DNA of 64,000 nt from an uncultured Acidobacteriota bacterium (GTDB lineage: Bacteria; Acidobacteriota; Thermoanaerobaculia; Gp7-AA8): positions 1-64,000 of the forward strand of contig CAVUKB010000001.1 in assembly GCA_963741955.1 (NCBI GenBank), given 5' to 3'. The notes below the pieces were generated by a model, which worked only from the letters and a program-made list of their open reading frames with translations, was not told the DNA's origin and made no database searches. This document shows positions 32,508 to 40,641 of the stretch, piece by piece (position 1 is the first letter of the stretch; each line of letters opens with the position of its first letter). Made by a program: the position numbers and the translations under genes.

Positions 32508-33866
32508 ATGGACTTGCTGATACAGAACGGACGGGTGATCGATCCGAGCCAGGGGCTCGATGAAGATCTCGATCTTCTGATCCAGGACGGAGCGATCGCG
32601 AAACTCGGAAAGCGGATGAAGGCTCCGGCCTCGATCGAGAAGATCGACGCGAAGGGTCAGGTCATCACTCCGGGATTCATCGATCTCCATACCCATCTTC
32701 GCGAGCCCGGACAGGAGCACAAGGAGACCATCCGCACCGGAACGAGAGCCGCAGTGGCTGGCGGCTACACCGCCGTTTGCGCCATGGCGAACACCGTACC
32801 GCCGAACGACGAGCGGGCTGTCACCGAGATGATTCTCGCCGAAGCCGCGCGGAACGGCGCCTGCCGGGTCTACCCGGTCGGCGCGGTGAGCAAAGGCCTG
32901 CGGGGTGAGGAGCTGGCCGAGCTGGCCGACCTCCGCGGTGCCGGTTGCGTCGCGGTGAGCGACGACGGCATGCCGATCGCGAACTCGCTCCTGATGCGGC
33001 GCGCGCTCGAGTACACCCGGATGCTCGGAATCCCCGTCGTGGCTCACGAAGAGGATCCGTTTCTCGCCGAAGGGGGCGCGATGCACGAGGGCTACTTCTC
33101 GACGCTTCTCGGGCTCAAGGGCATCCCCGCCGCCTCGGAAGAGACCATGACCGCGCGCGACGTCCTTCTGACCCGCGTGACCGGCGGACATCTCCACGTC
33201 GCGCACATTTCCACCCGAGGGGGAGTCGAGGCGGTGCGACGGGCGCGCGCCGAAGGGTTGAAGGTCACCTGCGAAGCGGCGCCCCATCACATCGCTCTGA
33301 TGGACGAGGCGCTGATCTCGTTCTCGACCAACCTGAAGATGAAGCCCCCTCTCCGTTCGGCCGATCATCGCCGGGCGCTGCTCGAGGCGATTGCCGACGG
33401 GACGATCGACGTGATCGCCACCGATCATGCGCCGCATCACGAGGACGAGAAGAACGTCGAATTCGATCTCGCACCGTTCGGGATCATCGGTCTGGAGACC
33501 GCATTCGCGGTCTGCAACGAGACTCTGGTCCGGGGGAAGATCGTTCCTCTCGGCCGGCTGATCGAGATGCTCACCTCCGCACCGGCGAGAGTGTTCGCGC
33601 TTCCCGGAGGGACTCTGCGCGAAGGATCTCCGGCCGACGTGACGATCGTCGACCCCACCGCCGAGGTGGTCTTCGAATCGTTCCGGTCGCTGGCGAAGAA
33701 TTCGCCCTTCACCGGCCGCCGTTATCACGGGAAGATCATGGCGACGGTGGTTGGTGGATCGGTGAAGTATCGCGCGGACGAGGGCGTCGCAGCAGTTGCG
33801 TCGTCAAGCGACAGATCCGGCGGAAAGAAGCCAGCCTCCCGGAGCGGCTCCAAGAGAAGACGATGA
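32508..33866 (+). CDS. pyrC: Dihydroorotase
   Basis: DLHTHLREPG, HVAHIST, ATDHAPH, GLETA. Confidence 0.94.
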   Translation: MDLLIQNGRVIDPSQGLDEDLDLLIQDGAIAKLGKRMKAPASIEKIDAKGQVITPGFIDLHTHLREPGQEHKETIRTGTRAAVAGGYTAVCAMANTVPPNDERAVTEMILAEAARNGACRVYPVGAVSKGLRGEELAELADLRGAGCVAVSDDGMPIANSLLMRRALEYTRMLGIPVVAHEEDPFLAEGGAMHEGYFSTLLGLKGIPAASEETMTARDVLLTRVTGGHLHVAHISTRGGVEAVRRARAEGLKVTCEAAPHHIALMDEALISFSTNLKMKPPLRSADHRRALLEAIADGTIDVIATDHAPHHEDEKNVEFDLAPFGIIGLETAFAVCNETLVRGKIVPLGRLIEMLTSAPARVFALPGGTLREGSPADVTIVDPTAEVVFESFRSLAKNSPFTGRRYHGKIMATVVGGSVKYRADEGVAAVASSSDRSGGKKPASRSGSKRRR

Positions 33867-34252
33867 GACCGGCGACCCCGAAGCGGGTGGTGATCGTGGA
33901 CGACTCCACCGCCTTCTGCGACCTCTGGGCGAACATCCTCGAGGAGCGGTACGAAGGAGTGGCCAGAGTGGAGACGTACCACCATCCGTACGACGCACTC
34001 CCGAAGATCGATCAGTCGATCGACCTCCTTCTGGTGGACCTCGAAATGCCGGGAATGGACGGACAGAAATTCGTCCACTACGCGAGGGAAAAGGGAGTGC
34101 CGGCGAAGCGGATCATCGTCACCTCGTCGCATCCCTCGGACGAGCTGCATGCGAGATTCCGGATCGGAGACACCATCGCCGTGATCAACAAGACGGAGCC
34201 GAAACAGCAGGAGGCATTCCTGATGATTCTCGACTCCATCATGCGGAAATGA
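33863..34252 (+). CDS. Single-domain response regulator
   Basis: VVIVDD, LLVDLEMPGMDG, VTSS, INK; ATGA overlap with pyrC. Confidence 0.85.
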   Translation: MRPATPKRVVIVDDSTAFCDLWANILEERYEGVARVETYHHPYDALPKIDQSIDLLLVDLEMPGMDGQKFVHYAREKGVPAKRIIVTSSHPSDELHARFRIGDTIAVINKTEPKQQEAFLMILDSIMRK

Positions 34253-34322
34253 CGCGGTTCGATTCACAACCGAAGCCGATTCCGTTACATTCAGAAGCGA
34301 CACACCCGAAGCGGAGCCGCCC

Positions 34323-35798
34323 TTGACCGCCGAAAACACGAACTCGACATCCACCGCCACGGAGAGCACGCCGCTCACCCTGAAGGATCTTCTCGTCTTC
34401 ATGGCGTCGAAGGAGGCCTCGGATCTTCACCTCAAACCGATGCGTCCTCCGCTCCTGAGGATCTCCGGGAAGCTCGTTCCGGTGAAGACGGATCCCCTCA
34501 AGCCGGCGGACCTCGAACGGATGCTCCTGCCGATCCTGAACAAACACCAGCAGGAGAAGTTCGAAGCGCATCAGTCGGTCGATTTCGGTTACGGCGTTCC
34601 CGGAGTGGCGCGGTTTCGCGCCAACCTCTACCTTCAGCGGGGAACGGTCGCCGCGGTGTTCCGCCGGGTCCCGATCCAGATCCTCGGAATCGAAGAGCTG
34701 GAGTTGCCGCAGGCAGTCCGCGATCTGACGGACATTCCCGGAGGGCTGGTGCTGGTGACCGGTCCGACCGGATCGGGGAAGTCGACCACCCTGGCGGCGA
34801 TGATCTCCGAGATCTCCGCCCATGAAGCGCTGCACATCGTGACCATCGAGGATCCGATCGAGTTTCTCTTTCAGGACAAGGTCGCGGCGATCTCACAGCG
34901 CGAGGTCGGCAGCGACACCCCGACCTTCGAGGAAGCGCTGAAGAACACCATGCGGCAGGATCCGGACGTGATCATGGTCGGCGAGATGCGCGACCGCAGC
35001 ACCATGCAGACAGTGCTCACGGCGGCCGAGACGGGACATCTGGTCTACTCGACGCTTCACACCAACAATGCGGCGCAGACCATCGACCGGATCATCGATG
35101 CGTTCCCTCAGGAACAGCACAAACAGATCCGGGCACAGCTCGCGCTCGTATTGCGAGGCATCATCTCACTCAAGCTGGTCAAGACCGTCACCGGGAAGAT
35201 GACCGCCGCGGTGGAGATCCTGAAGAACTCGCCGAAGATCGCCAAGCAGATCGAAGAGGGGAGTACCAGGGAGATTCTCGAGGAGATCGAGAACTCGGTC
35301 GGTTACTACAGGATGCAGTCCATGAACCAGTCGCTCATCGCGCTGCTCGCTCATCAGAAGATCCTGTATCAGGATGCGATGGAGCTCTCCGGCGATCCGG
35401 AGGACCTGTCGCTGAAACTCAGAAAGATGTTTCCTGCGATCGAAGAGCGCGTTCGCAAGGGAGGCGAAGGAATGCCCAGCTATTCGGATTTTTCCCAGAT
35501 CACCGAGCTGATGGAGATCAAGCGGCTTTACGAAGAGCAGGAAGAGAAATTCCGTATGCGTCTGCTGGAGAAGGATGAGGAGCTCGAGAACCTGCGACGC
35601 GACCTCGATTATCACTCCCAGTCGGTGGCCGAGCAGGAACAGAACACCGGCCAGAAAGACGACGAGATCAACCGTCTGAAGGGAGAGCTCGAACGGCTCA
35701 GGGCCGAGGCGCAGTCGAAGATCAATTCACTGCAGGAACGGATCAAGGAGCTCAACCAGAAACTGATGGCCGGCGGGGCAGGACCGGCGCGACGCTGA
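34323..35798 (+). CDS. pilT: PilT/PilU-family ATPase with C-terminal coiled coil
   Basis: ASDLHL, GPTGSGKSTT, TIEDPIE, RQDPDVIMVGEMRD, TGHLVYSTLH; TTG start uncertain. Confidence 0.88.
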   Translation: MTAENTNSTSTATESTPLTLKDLLVFMASKEASDLHLKPMRPPLLRISGKLVPVKTDPLKPADLERMLLPILNKHQQEKFEAHQSVDFGYGVPGVARFRANLYLQRGTVAAVFRRVPIQILGIEELELPQAVRDLTDIPGGLVLVTGPTGSGKSTTLAAMISEISAHEALHIVTIEDPIEFLFQDKVAAISQREVGSDTPTFEEALKNTMRQDPDVIMVGEMRDRSTMQTVLTAAETGHLVYSTLHTNNAAQTIDRIIDAFPQEQHKQIRAQLALVLRGIISLKLVKTVTGKMTAAVEILKNSPKIAKQIEEGSTREILEEIENSVGYYRMQSMNQSLIALLAHQKILYQDAMELSGDPEDLSLKLRKMFPAIEERVRKGGEGMPSYSDFSQITELMEIKRLYEEQEEKFRMRLLEKDEELENLRRDLDYHSQSVAEQEQNTGQKDDEINRLKGELERLRAEAQSKINSLQERIKELNQKLMAGGAGPARR

Positions 35799-35843
35799 CG
35801 TGACGAAGTGCGAGAACCGTCCGCGACCTGATCCGACGACGAC

Positions 35844-36203
35844 ATGACCACCACTCCTTCCAGAGAGCTCGAGACCTTCCCCAATCCGAATCCCGAGCGC
35901 GACTACGAGATCGCGTTCGAGGCGCCGGAGTTCACCTGCCTGTGCCCCATGACCGGTCAGCCCGATTTCGCCACCATCCGGATCCGCTATACGCCGGATT
36001 CGAAGTGCGTGGAGCTCAAGTCCCTCAAGCTCTATCTCTGGTCGTTCCGGAATGAAGGAGCGTTTCACGAGGCGGTGACCAACCGCATCCTCGACGACCT
36101 GGTCGGCGCGCTCGATCCCCGCTGGATCGAGGTCGAGGGAGACTTCTTCGTCCGCGGAGGGATTCACACCGTGGTGAGGGTGGAACATCGCAGGAACGGG
36201 TGA
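35844..36203 (+). CDS. queF: preQ0 reductase
   Basis: [30 protein letters not shown]. Confidence 0.95.
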   Translation: MTTTPSRELETFPNPNPERDYEIAFEAPEFTCLCPMTGQPDFATIRIRYTPDSKCVELKSLKLYLWSFRNEGAFHEAVTNRILDDLVGALDPRWIEVEGDFFVRGGIHTVVRVEHRRNG

Positions 36204-36315
36204 ATCCACAATCCACGATTCGGAGCTCGGACTGGAGGACTGACCCTCCTCCCCCCACACGGAGGGCGAACCTTTCGGATCTCCTCCCCGATCCTCCGTG
36301 GCGCTCGGTTGTTAA

Positions 36316-36492
36316 CCCGCATTTCTCACACCATCTCGTCGCGAGGAGGCAGAGAGTGGCCTGGATGCAAGGCGCGCCTCGCTTCGGCGACGAAGGCTTA
36401 GTGGTGACTATGTTGAGGAGCCGAAGCGGGGCTCAACGCAGCAGACAGGCCGCTATCGGGCTCCGCAGCAGAGATGGTGTGAGAAATGCGGG
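36316..36492. mobile_element. MITE family A, 177 bp, copy 2 (inverted)
   Basis: Same IRs and length as 1600-1776; flanks TTAA/TTGA. Confidence 0.85.
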
Positions 36493-36529
36493 TTGAGATC
36501 GCGCTTCCGGCATCACTCGCAGCTGCCGC

Positions 36530-37243
36530 CTACCGGCAGTTTCGTGCGCGGCGGTAGCCGGCGGCGAGCGCTTCGGCCTCGGTCTCGAACACCACACGGT
36601 TGTGCGGCGACACCTCCGACCACCCGGGACAGCCGGGGAGATGGTAGAGATGACTGCGCCGGTTCGCGATGACCTTTCCCGCGAGCGACGCGGCCGGCGG
36701 CTCCGGAGGGGGAGCGCGCCGGGCCGACGGCGGTTCACCGCGCCGCGCGAGACGCCGGAACTGCCACGGAGGGATCGGATCGGCTGCGGCCCACAGGCCT
36801 GCGCGCGCCGCCCGGGCCCTCCGATGCGCCTCGGCGTAGAGGCGGCGGTCGCGCGGCGGGAGCTCGTTTTCGTAGTGCGCGTAGAACCAGGCGAGCCCGG
36901 CGCGGATCTGCTCCAGTCCGGCATCGGTATCTCCGATCAGCACCCGGCCGACGAAACGCCCGTAGTCGTCGACCTTCGTGATCTCGACCGTGACTTCGCG
37001 TCGGTAGACGAGACGGTCGAGATGCGAGCGCGAGAGGTTGCCGAAATCCTGGCCGCGCTCCGGCGCATCGATTCCCTGCAGCCGGATCCGGCTGGTGTGC
37101 TTCGTCGCGTCGAGGATGGTGATCGTGTCGCCGTCGGCGACGGAGACCACGCGGCCGCGGAGGACGCGCGTCGCGGTGAGAGCCGGTGCCGCGAGGCCGG
37201 AGAGAACAAGTGCAGCGATCGCGAGAGACCGCAAGGAGCGCAT
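36530..37243 (-). CDS. Exported thermonuclease (SNase) with C-terminal Ada-like metal-binding domain
   Basis: DGDT, IRLQGIDAPE, DDYGR, GLAW, GLW; tail YHLPGC..EAEALAAGYRRARNC. Confidence 0.88.
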   Translation of the reverse strand: MRSLRSLAIAALVLSGLAAPALTATRVLRGRVVSVADGDTITILDATKHTSRIRLQGIDAPERGQDFGNLSRSHLDRLVYRREVTVEITKVDDYGRFVGRVLIGDTDAGLEQIRAGLAWFYAHYENELPPRDRRLYAEAHRRARAARAGLWAAADPIPPWQFRRLARRGEPPSARRAPPPEPPAASLAGKVIANRRSHLYHLPGCPGWSEVSPHNRVVFETEAEALAAGYRRARNCR

Positions 37244-37295
37244 GAGGCGATTATAGTGGCGAGAGGCGAGGAATCGGGGCCCGGGGGTCAGGGCC

Positions 37296-37482
37296 ATACG
37301 CACTAACTTTTGCCTTTCTCGTGAGTGCACAGGCCTGCGAATCGGGTCGGCAACGACGAATGCAGAATGCAAAATGCAGAATTGAGAGCTGAGAAGCGAC
37401 CCCAGCCCTTCTTCATTCTGAATTCTGCACTCTGCATTCGTCGGGCGATGCCTTCATTTCGCTCCTCAAAGTTTGTGCGTAT
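37296..37482. mobile_element. MITE family C
   Basis: IR ATACGCAC.AACTTT/AAAGTT.GTGCGTAT, flanked by direct repeat GGGGGTCAGGGCC (37283-37295, 37483-37495); internal inverted GAATGCA heptamers. Confidence 0.7.
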
Positions 37483-37664
37483 GGGGGTCAGGGCCCGGGG
37501 AAAGAGACTGCCGTCTGCTCCGATGAGACGAACAGGAAGAGACGAATGCAGAGTTCAGAATTCAGGCGCCACCGGCGGGCGGCGGCCATCTTTGACCAAA
37601 CGAACGGCGGGAGCGAATTCAAAATCGTCCTCCTGCCGCGAAGGGGCCGCCACCGGAAAGAGAG

Positions 37665-39248
37665 GGATCTCCTAACAGGTGTGTAGCAGAGTTCATAGGC
37701 CGAGAGGATGGAATGCGATTGCTGACGTACAGAGGAACGCCATTGCGATCAGAGCTTCCGCGGTGTGAAAGCCGAAAGCGCGGTGACTGAGCATTCGGAT
37801 CTTGTTGTTGCAGCCTTCAGCAACTGCATTCGTGAGTCGATACTCGAAGTAACGGCGGATGCCAGGCCATTTCGCCGCGACGGTTCGCGCGAAGCGAACG
37901 AGGGGTTGAATGCGGCTATGAACCGCGGACTGATACCAGCGCTTGAACCGTCGATCAGCTTGGCGGACGGACGAGGAGTCATAGATGTCCTGAAAGGATT
38001 CCTTGACCAGGTAACTGCGAAAGAGGGTGTGATTCATCCGCGCGAGCTCCGAGAGTTTCGCCTCCTCGGCATCACGCAGGTTCCAGGGGTTCTTCAGGAG
38101 GACGAACCGAGTGGATTTGAGAGCGGAGCGCTCCTCGCCGGTGGCCTTTCGCATCTCGTCCCGCCTCACCTGATCGATCGCATTCCCGAGGAGTTGGACC
38201 ACGTGGAACCGATCGAAAACGACCTCGGCGTTCGGCAGTCGGTCGCGAACAGCTTTCTCGAAGGCCGCGCTCATGTCGATGCTCACCAGACGGATTCGCG
38301 CGCAGCGCTCGGGGCCGAGCAGATCGAACAGCCCGTCGAGAACCTCTGCACTTTTACCCTTCGCCGCCCAGATCATCTGCCCGGTCTCGTGGTTCGTGAC
38401 CACGGTCATGAACTTCTTCGGCCGCCCCCAGCAGATCTCGTCGATGCCGATCCGGGTCAGATTCTCGAGCGCGTTCGGGTCGCGTTTTTCGGCAACCACT
38501 CGAGCGGCGATCCGTCCGGCCGTGAGCCAGCTGACCTTGAAGTACGCCGAGACCGCGGTTTGATTGGATCGCTGCAGAAACCAGGCAAGCTCGTCTTCGA
38601 ACGCGCGGGTGAACATCGAACCAGGCCGTGCCCACGGAACCGCGGCCGTTCGCACCCCGCAGCGGCGGCAACGCACCCGCGGCAGATCCGCCCGCAGCAT
38701 CACCCGGCATCCCCAGAGGCCGAGATGACGCCATTCGCGATGCTTCATCACCGTTCCGTGAAGCTCGGGAGCAACCCGTCCGCACCCTCCGCACCGCGGA
38801 CGTCTCCACGTTGGACTCACGTCGAGATAGAGACTCCGAGCTTCGAACCGAACCCCGCGAACCGTTACGTTTGCCATGTTGAGCAACTTCCGGAACAATG
38901 TCGTCAGGCGCACCGTGCCTGTCCTCCCCGTGTCTTGGTTTCATCGACTACAGACTACGGGAAATGGGCAGCACGGTTCGCCGATTCCAACCTGCTATCG
39001 CTGCTTCGATCTTCACCTCTCCACGAGCAGCGACTTTCGGGGCTCCTTCAGATCCTTCCGCGACGGCGGGGCAAGTTGTGGGAACGGCGGAAAACGCGGC
39101 GGCCGGGTGGCGGCGTTTTCCGCGGTTTCCACAACTTCGCTTTCCGAACGCTTCGGCGAACACCGACTTGCTCCTCGAAAACAGCCGCGTCGCCGTTCCT
39201 GCATGCCTCCGACAATCATTCCGCACCTACACACCTGTTAGGAGAACC
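37665..39248 (-). mobile_element. ISL3-family insertion sequence
   Basis: 22-bp IR GG(A/T)TCTCCTAACAGGTGTGTAG; 8-bp TSD AAAGAGAG at 37657-37664 and 39249-39256. Confidence 0.93.
37693..38913 (-). CDS. ISL3-family transposase
   Basis: CGGCG and CRRCG zinc finger, IGIDE, VSIDMS, FDRFHVV, TNAVAEGCNNKI. Confidence 0.93.
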   Translation of the reverse strand: MRLTTLFRKLLNMANVTVRGVRFEARSLYLDVSPTWRRPRCGGCGRVAPELHGTVMKHREWRHLGLWGCRVMLRADLPRVRCRRCGVRTAAVPWARPGSMFTRAFEDELAWFLQRSNQTAVSAYFKVSWLTAGRIAARVVAEKRDPNALENLTRIGIDEICWGRPKKFMTVVTNHETGQMIWAAKGKSAEVLDGLFDLLGPERCARIRLVSIDMSAAFEKAVRDRLPNAEVVFDRFHVVQLLGNAIDQVRRDEMRKATGEERSALKSTRFVLLKNPWNLRDAEEAKLSELARMNHTLFRSYLVKESFQDIYDSSSVRQADRRFKRWYQSAVHSRIQPLVRFARTVAAKWPGIRRYFEYRLTNAVAEGCNNKIRMLSHRAFGFHTAEALIAMAFLCTSAIAFHPLGL

Positions 39249-39300
39249 AAAGAGAGGAGCGCGATCATTCGTCGCACCCCGAAGGGGTGGCGGATTTCGC

Positions 39301-39418
39301 AGCAGAATGAAGAAGGGTTCGTAGTTTTCTCAACTCCAAACTCTGCATTCTGCATTCGGTGCTGCCGACCCAACCCCCACGGAAGTTCCGTCACGAGAAA
39401 GCCAAAGTCAGTGCGTAT
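39301..39418 (-). mobile_element. Partial inverted copy of MITE family C
   Basis: Reverse complement ATACGCACTGACTTTGGCTTTCTCGTGA...GGGTCGGCA...GAATGCAGAATGCA...CCCTTCTTCATTCTG matches the left part of 37296-37482. Confidence 0.7.
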
Positions 39419-39420
39419 TC

Positions 39421-39465
39421 CCCCGACCCCCGGCCCCCGATCCCTGACCCCCGATCCCCGACCCC
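39421..39465. repeat. Degenerate CCCCGAC/CCCTGAC heptamer array
   Basis: About six imperfect units ending at the purC stop. Confidence 0.75.
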
Positions 39466-39467
39466 GT

Positions 39468-40355
39468 CTACAGCGCGAGCTCTTCGCCCGTGAGCGTCCG
39501 GTACGCTTCGAGATATTTCTCGAGGCTCTTCCGCACCACCTCTTCCGGCAGTTCCGGTGCGGGAGGCGTCTTGTCCCACCCGGTGGTCTCCAGCCAATCA
39601 CGCACGAACTGCTTGTCGAACGACGGCGGGTTGGATCCTTCCGAGTACTGATCCGCAGGCCAGAACCTCGAGGAATCGGGGGTCAGGGCTTCATCGATCC
39701 AGACGATGCGATCTCCGATCCGGCCGAATTCGAATTTCGTGTCGGCGATGATGATCCCGCGGCCCTTCGCGTACTCCGCGGCCCGGACGTACAGCGAGAG
39801 CGTGAGGTCGCGGAGCTTCGCGGCGAGCTCGCCCCCGATGATCTCCGACATCCGCTCGAACGAGATGTTCTCGTCGTGACCGCTCTCTTCCTTCGTCGCG
39901 GGAGTGAAGATCGGCTCGGGGAGCTTGCTCGCCACGGTGAGGCCGGCCGGCAGCTCGATGCCGCACACCGTTCCCGACTGCCGGTACTCCTTGTATCCGG
40001 AGCCGACCAGATAGCCGCGCGCGACGCACTCGATCGGGACTACCTCACATTTCTTCACGATCACGCTTCGTCCACGCAGTTCATCGTGTTTCTTCAGCTC
40101 CGCCGGGAACTTTTCGAAGTCGGTCTCGATCAGATGGTCCTCGACCTCCCGGAAACGCCGGAACCAGAAGTTCGAGATCTGCGTCAGGATCACCCCTTTG
40201 CCCGGAATGCCGGGCGAGAGGACGACGTCGAACGCGGAGATCCGGTCCGTTGCTACGAAGAGGTACGACTCGCCCAGATCGTAGACGTCACGGACCTTTC
40301 CGCGGCGGTGCAGAGGAAGCGGGAGCTCGGTACGGGAGATCGCTTTTTCCATCAT
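39468..40355 (-). CDS. purC: SAICAR synthetase
   Basis: GKVRDVY, TDRISAFD, ECVARGYL, ADTKFEFG, DEALTPDSSRFW, DKQFVRDW. Confidence 0.96.
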   Translation of the reverse strand: MMEKAISRTELPLPLHRRGKVRDVYDLGESYLFVATDRISAFDVVLSPGIPGKGVILTQISNFWFRRFREVEDHLIETDFEKFPAELKKHDELRGRSVIVKKCEVVPIECVARGYLVGSGYKEYRQSGTVCGIELPAGLTVASKLPEPIFTPATKEESGHDENISFERMSEIIGGELAAKLRDLTLSLYVRAAEYAKGRGIIIADTKFEFGRIGDRIVWIDEALTPDSSRFWPADQYSEGSNPPSFDKQFVRDWLETTGWDKTPPAPELPEEVVRKSLEKYLEAYRTLTGEELAL

Positions 40356-40571
40356 GAGCGGTCTATGTAAAGGGGGAGGAGCGGGATGTCAAGAGGTTGC
40401 GATGACCCCGCGTTCCGGGAACGTTCGGATGAGTCCGACACGTCCCGCTCGTCCGACGGGTCTGACGATTCTGATCAGCCTGACGAATCGAGGGGGAACT
40501 TTATTCTGCAAAAATGGCCAAAAACAGCACTATTTGCGCGGAAATGCATACTGTTCAGAATAAGATCTCTC

Positions 40572-40641
40572 CTCGCCTCTCGCCTCTCGCCTCTCGCCTC
40601 TCGCCTCTCGCCTCTCGCCTCTCGCCTCTCGCCTCTCGCCT
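40572..40641. repeat. (CTCGCCT)10 heptamer array
   Basis: Perfect 7-bp tandem repeat abutting the stop codon at 40641. Confidence 0.95.
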
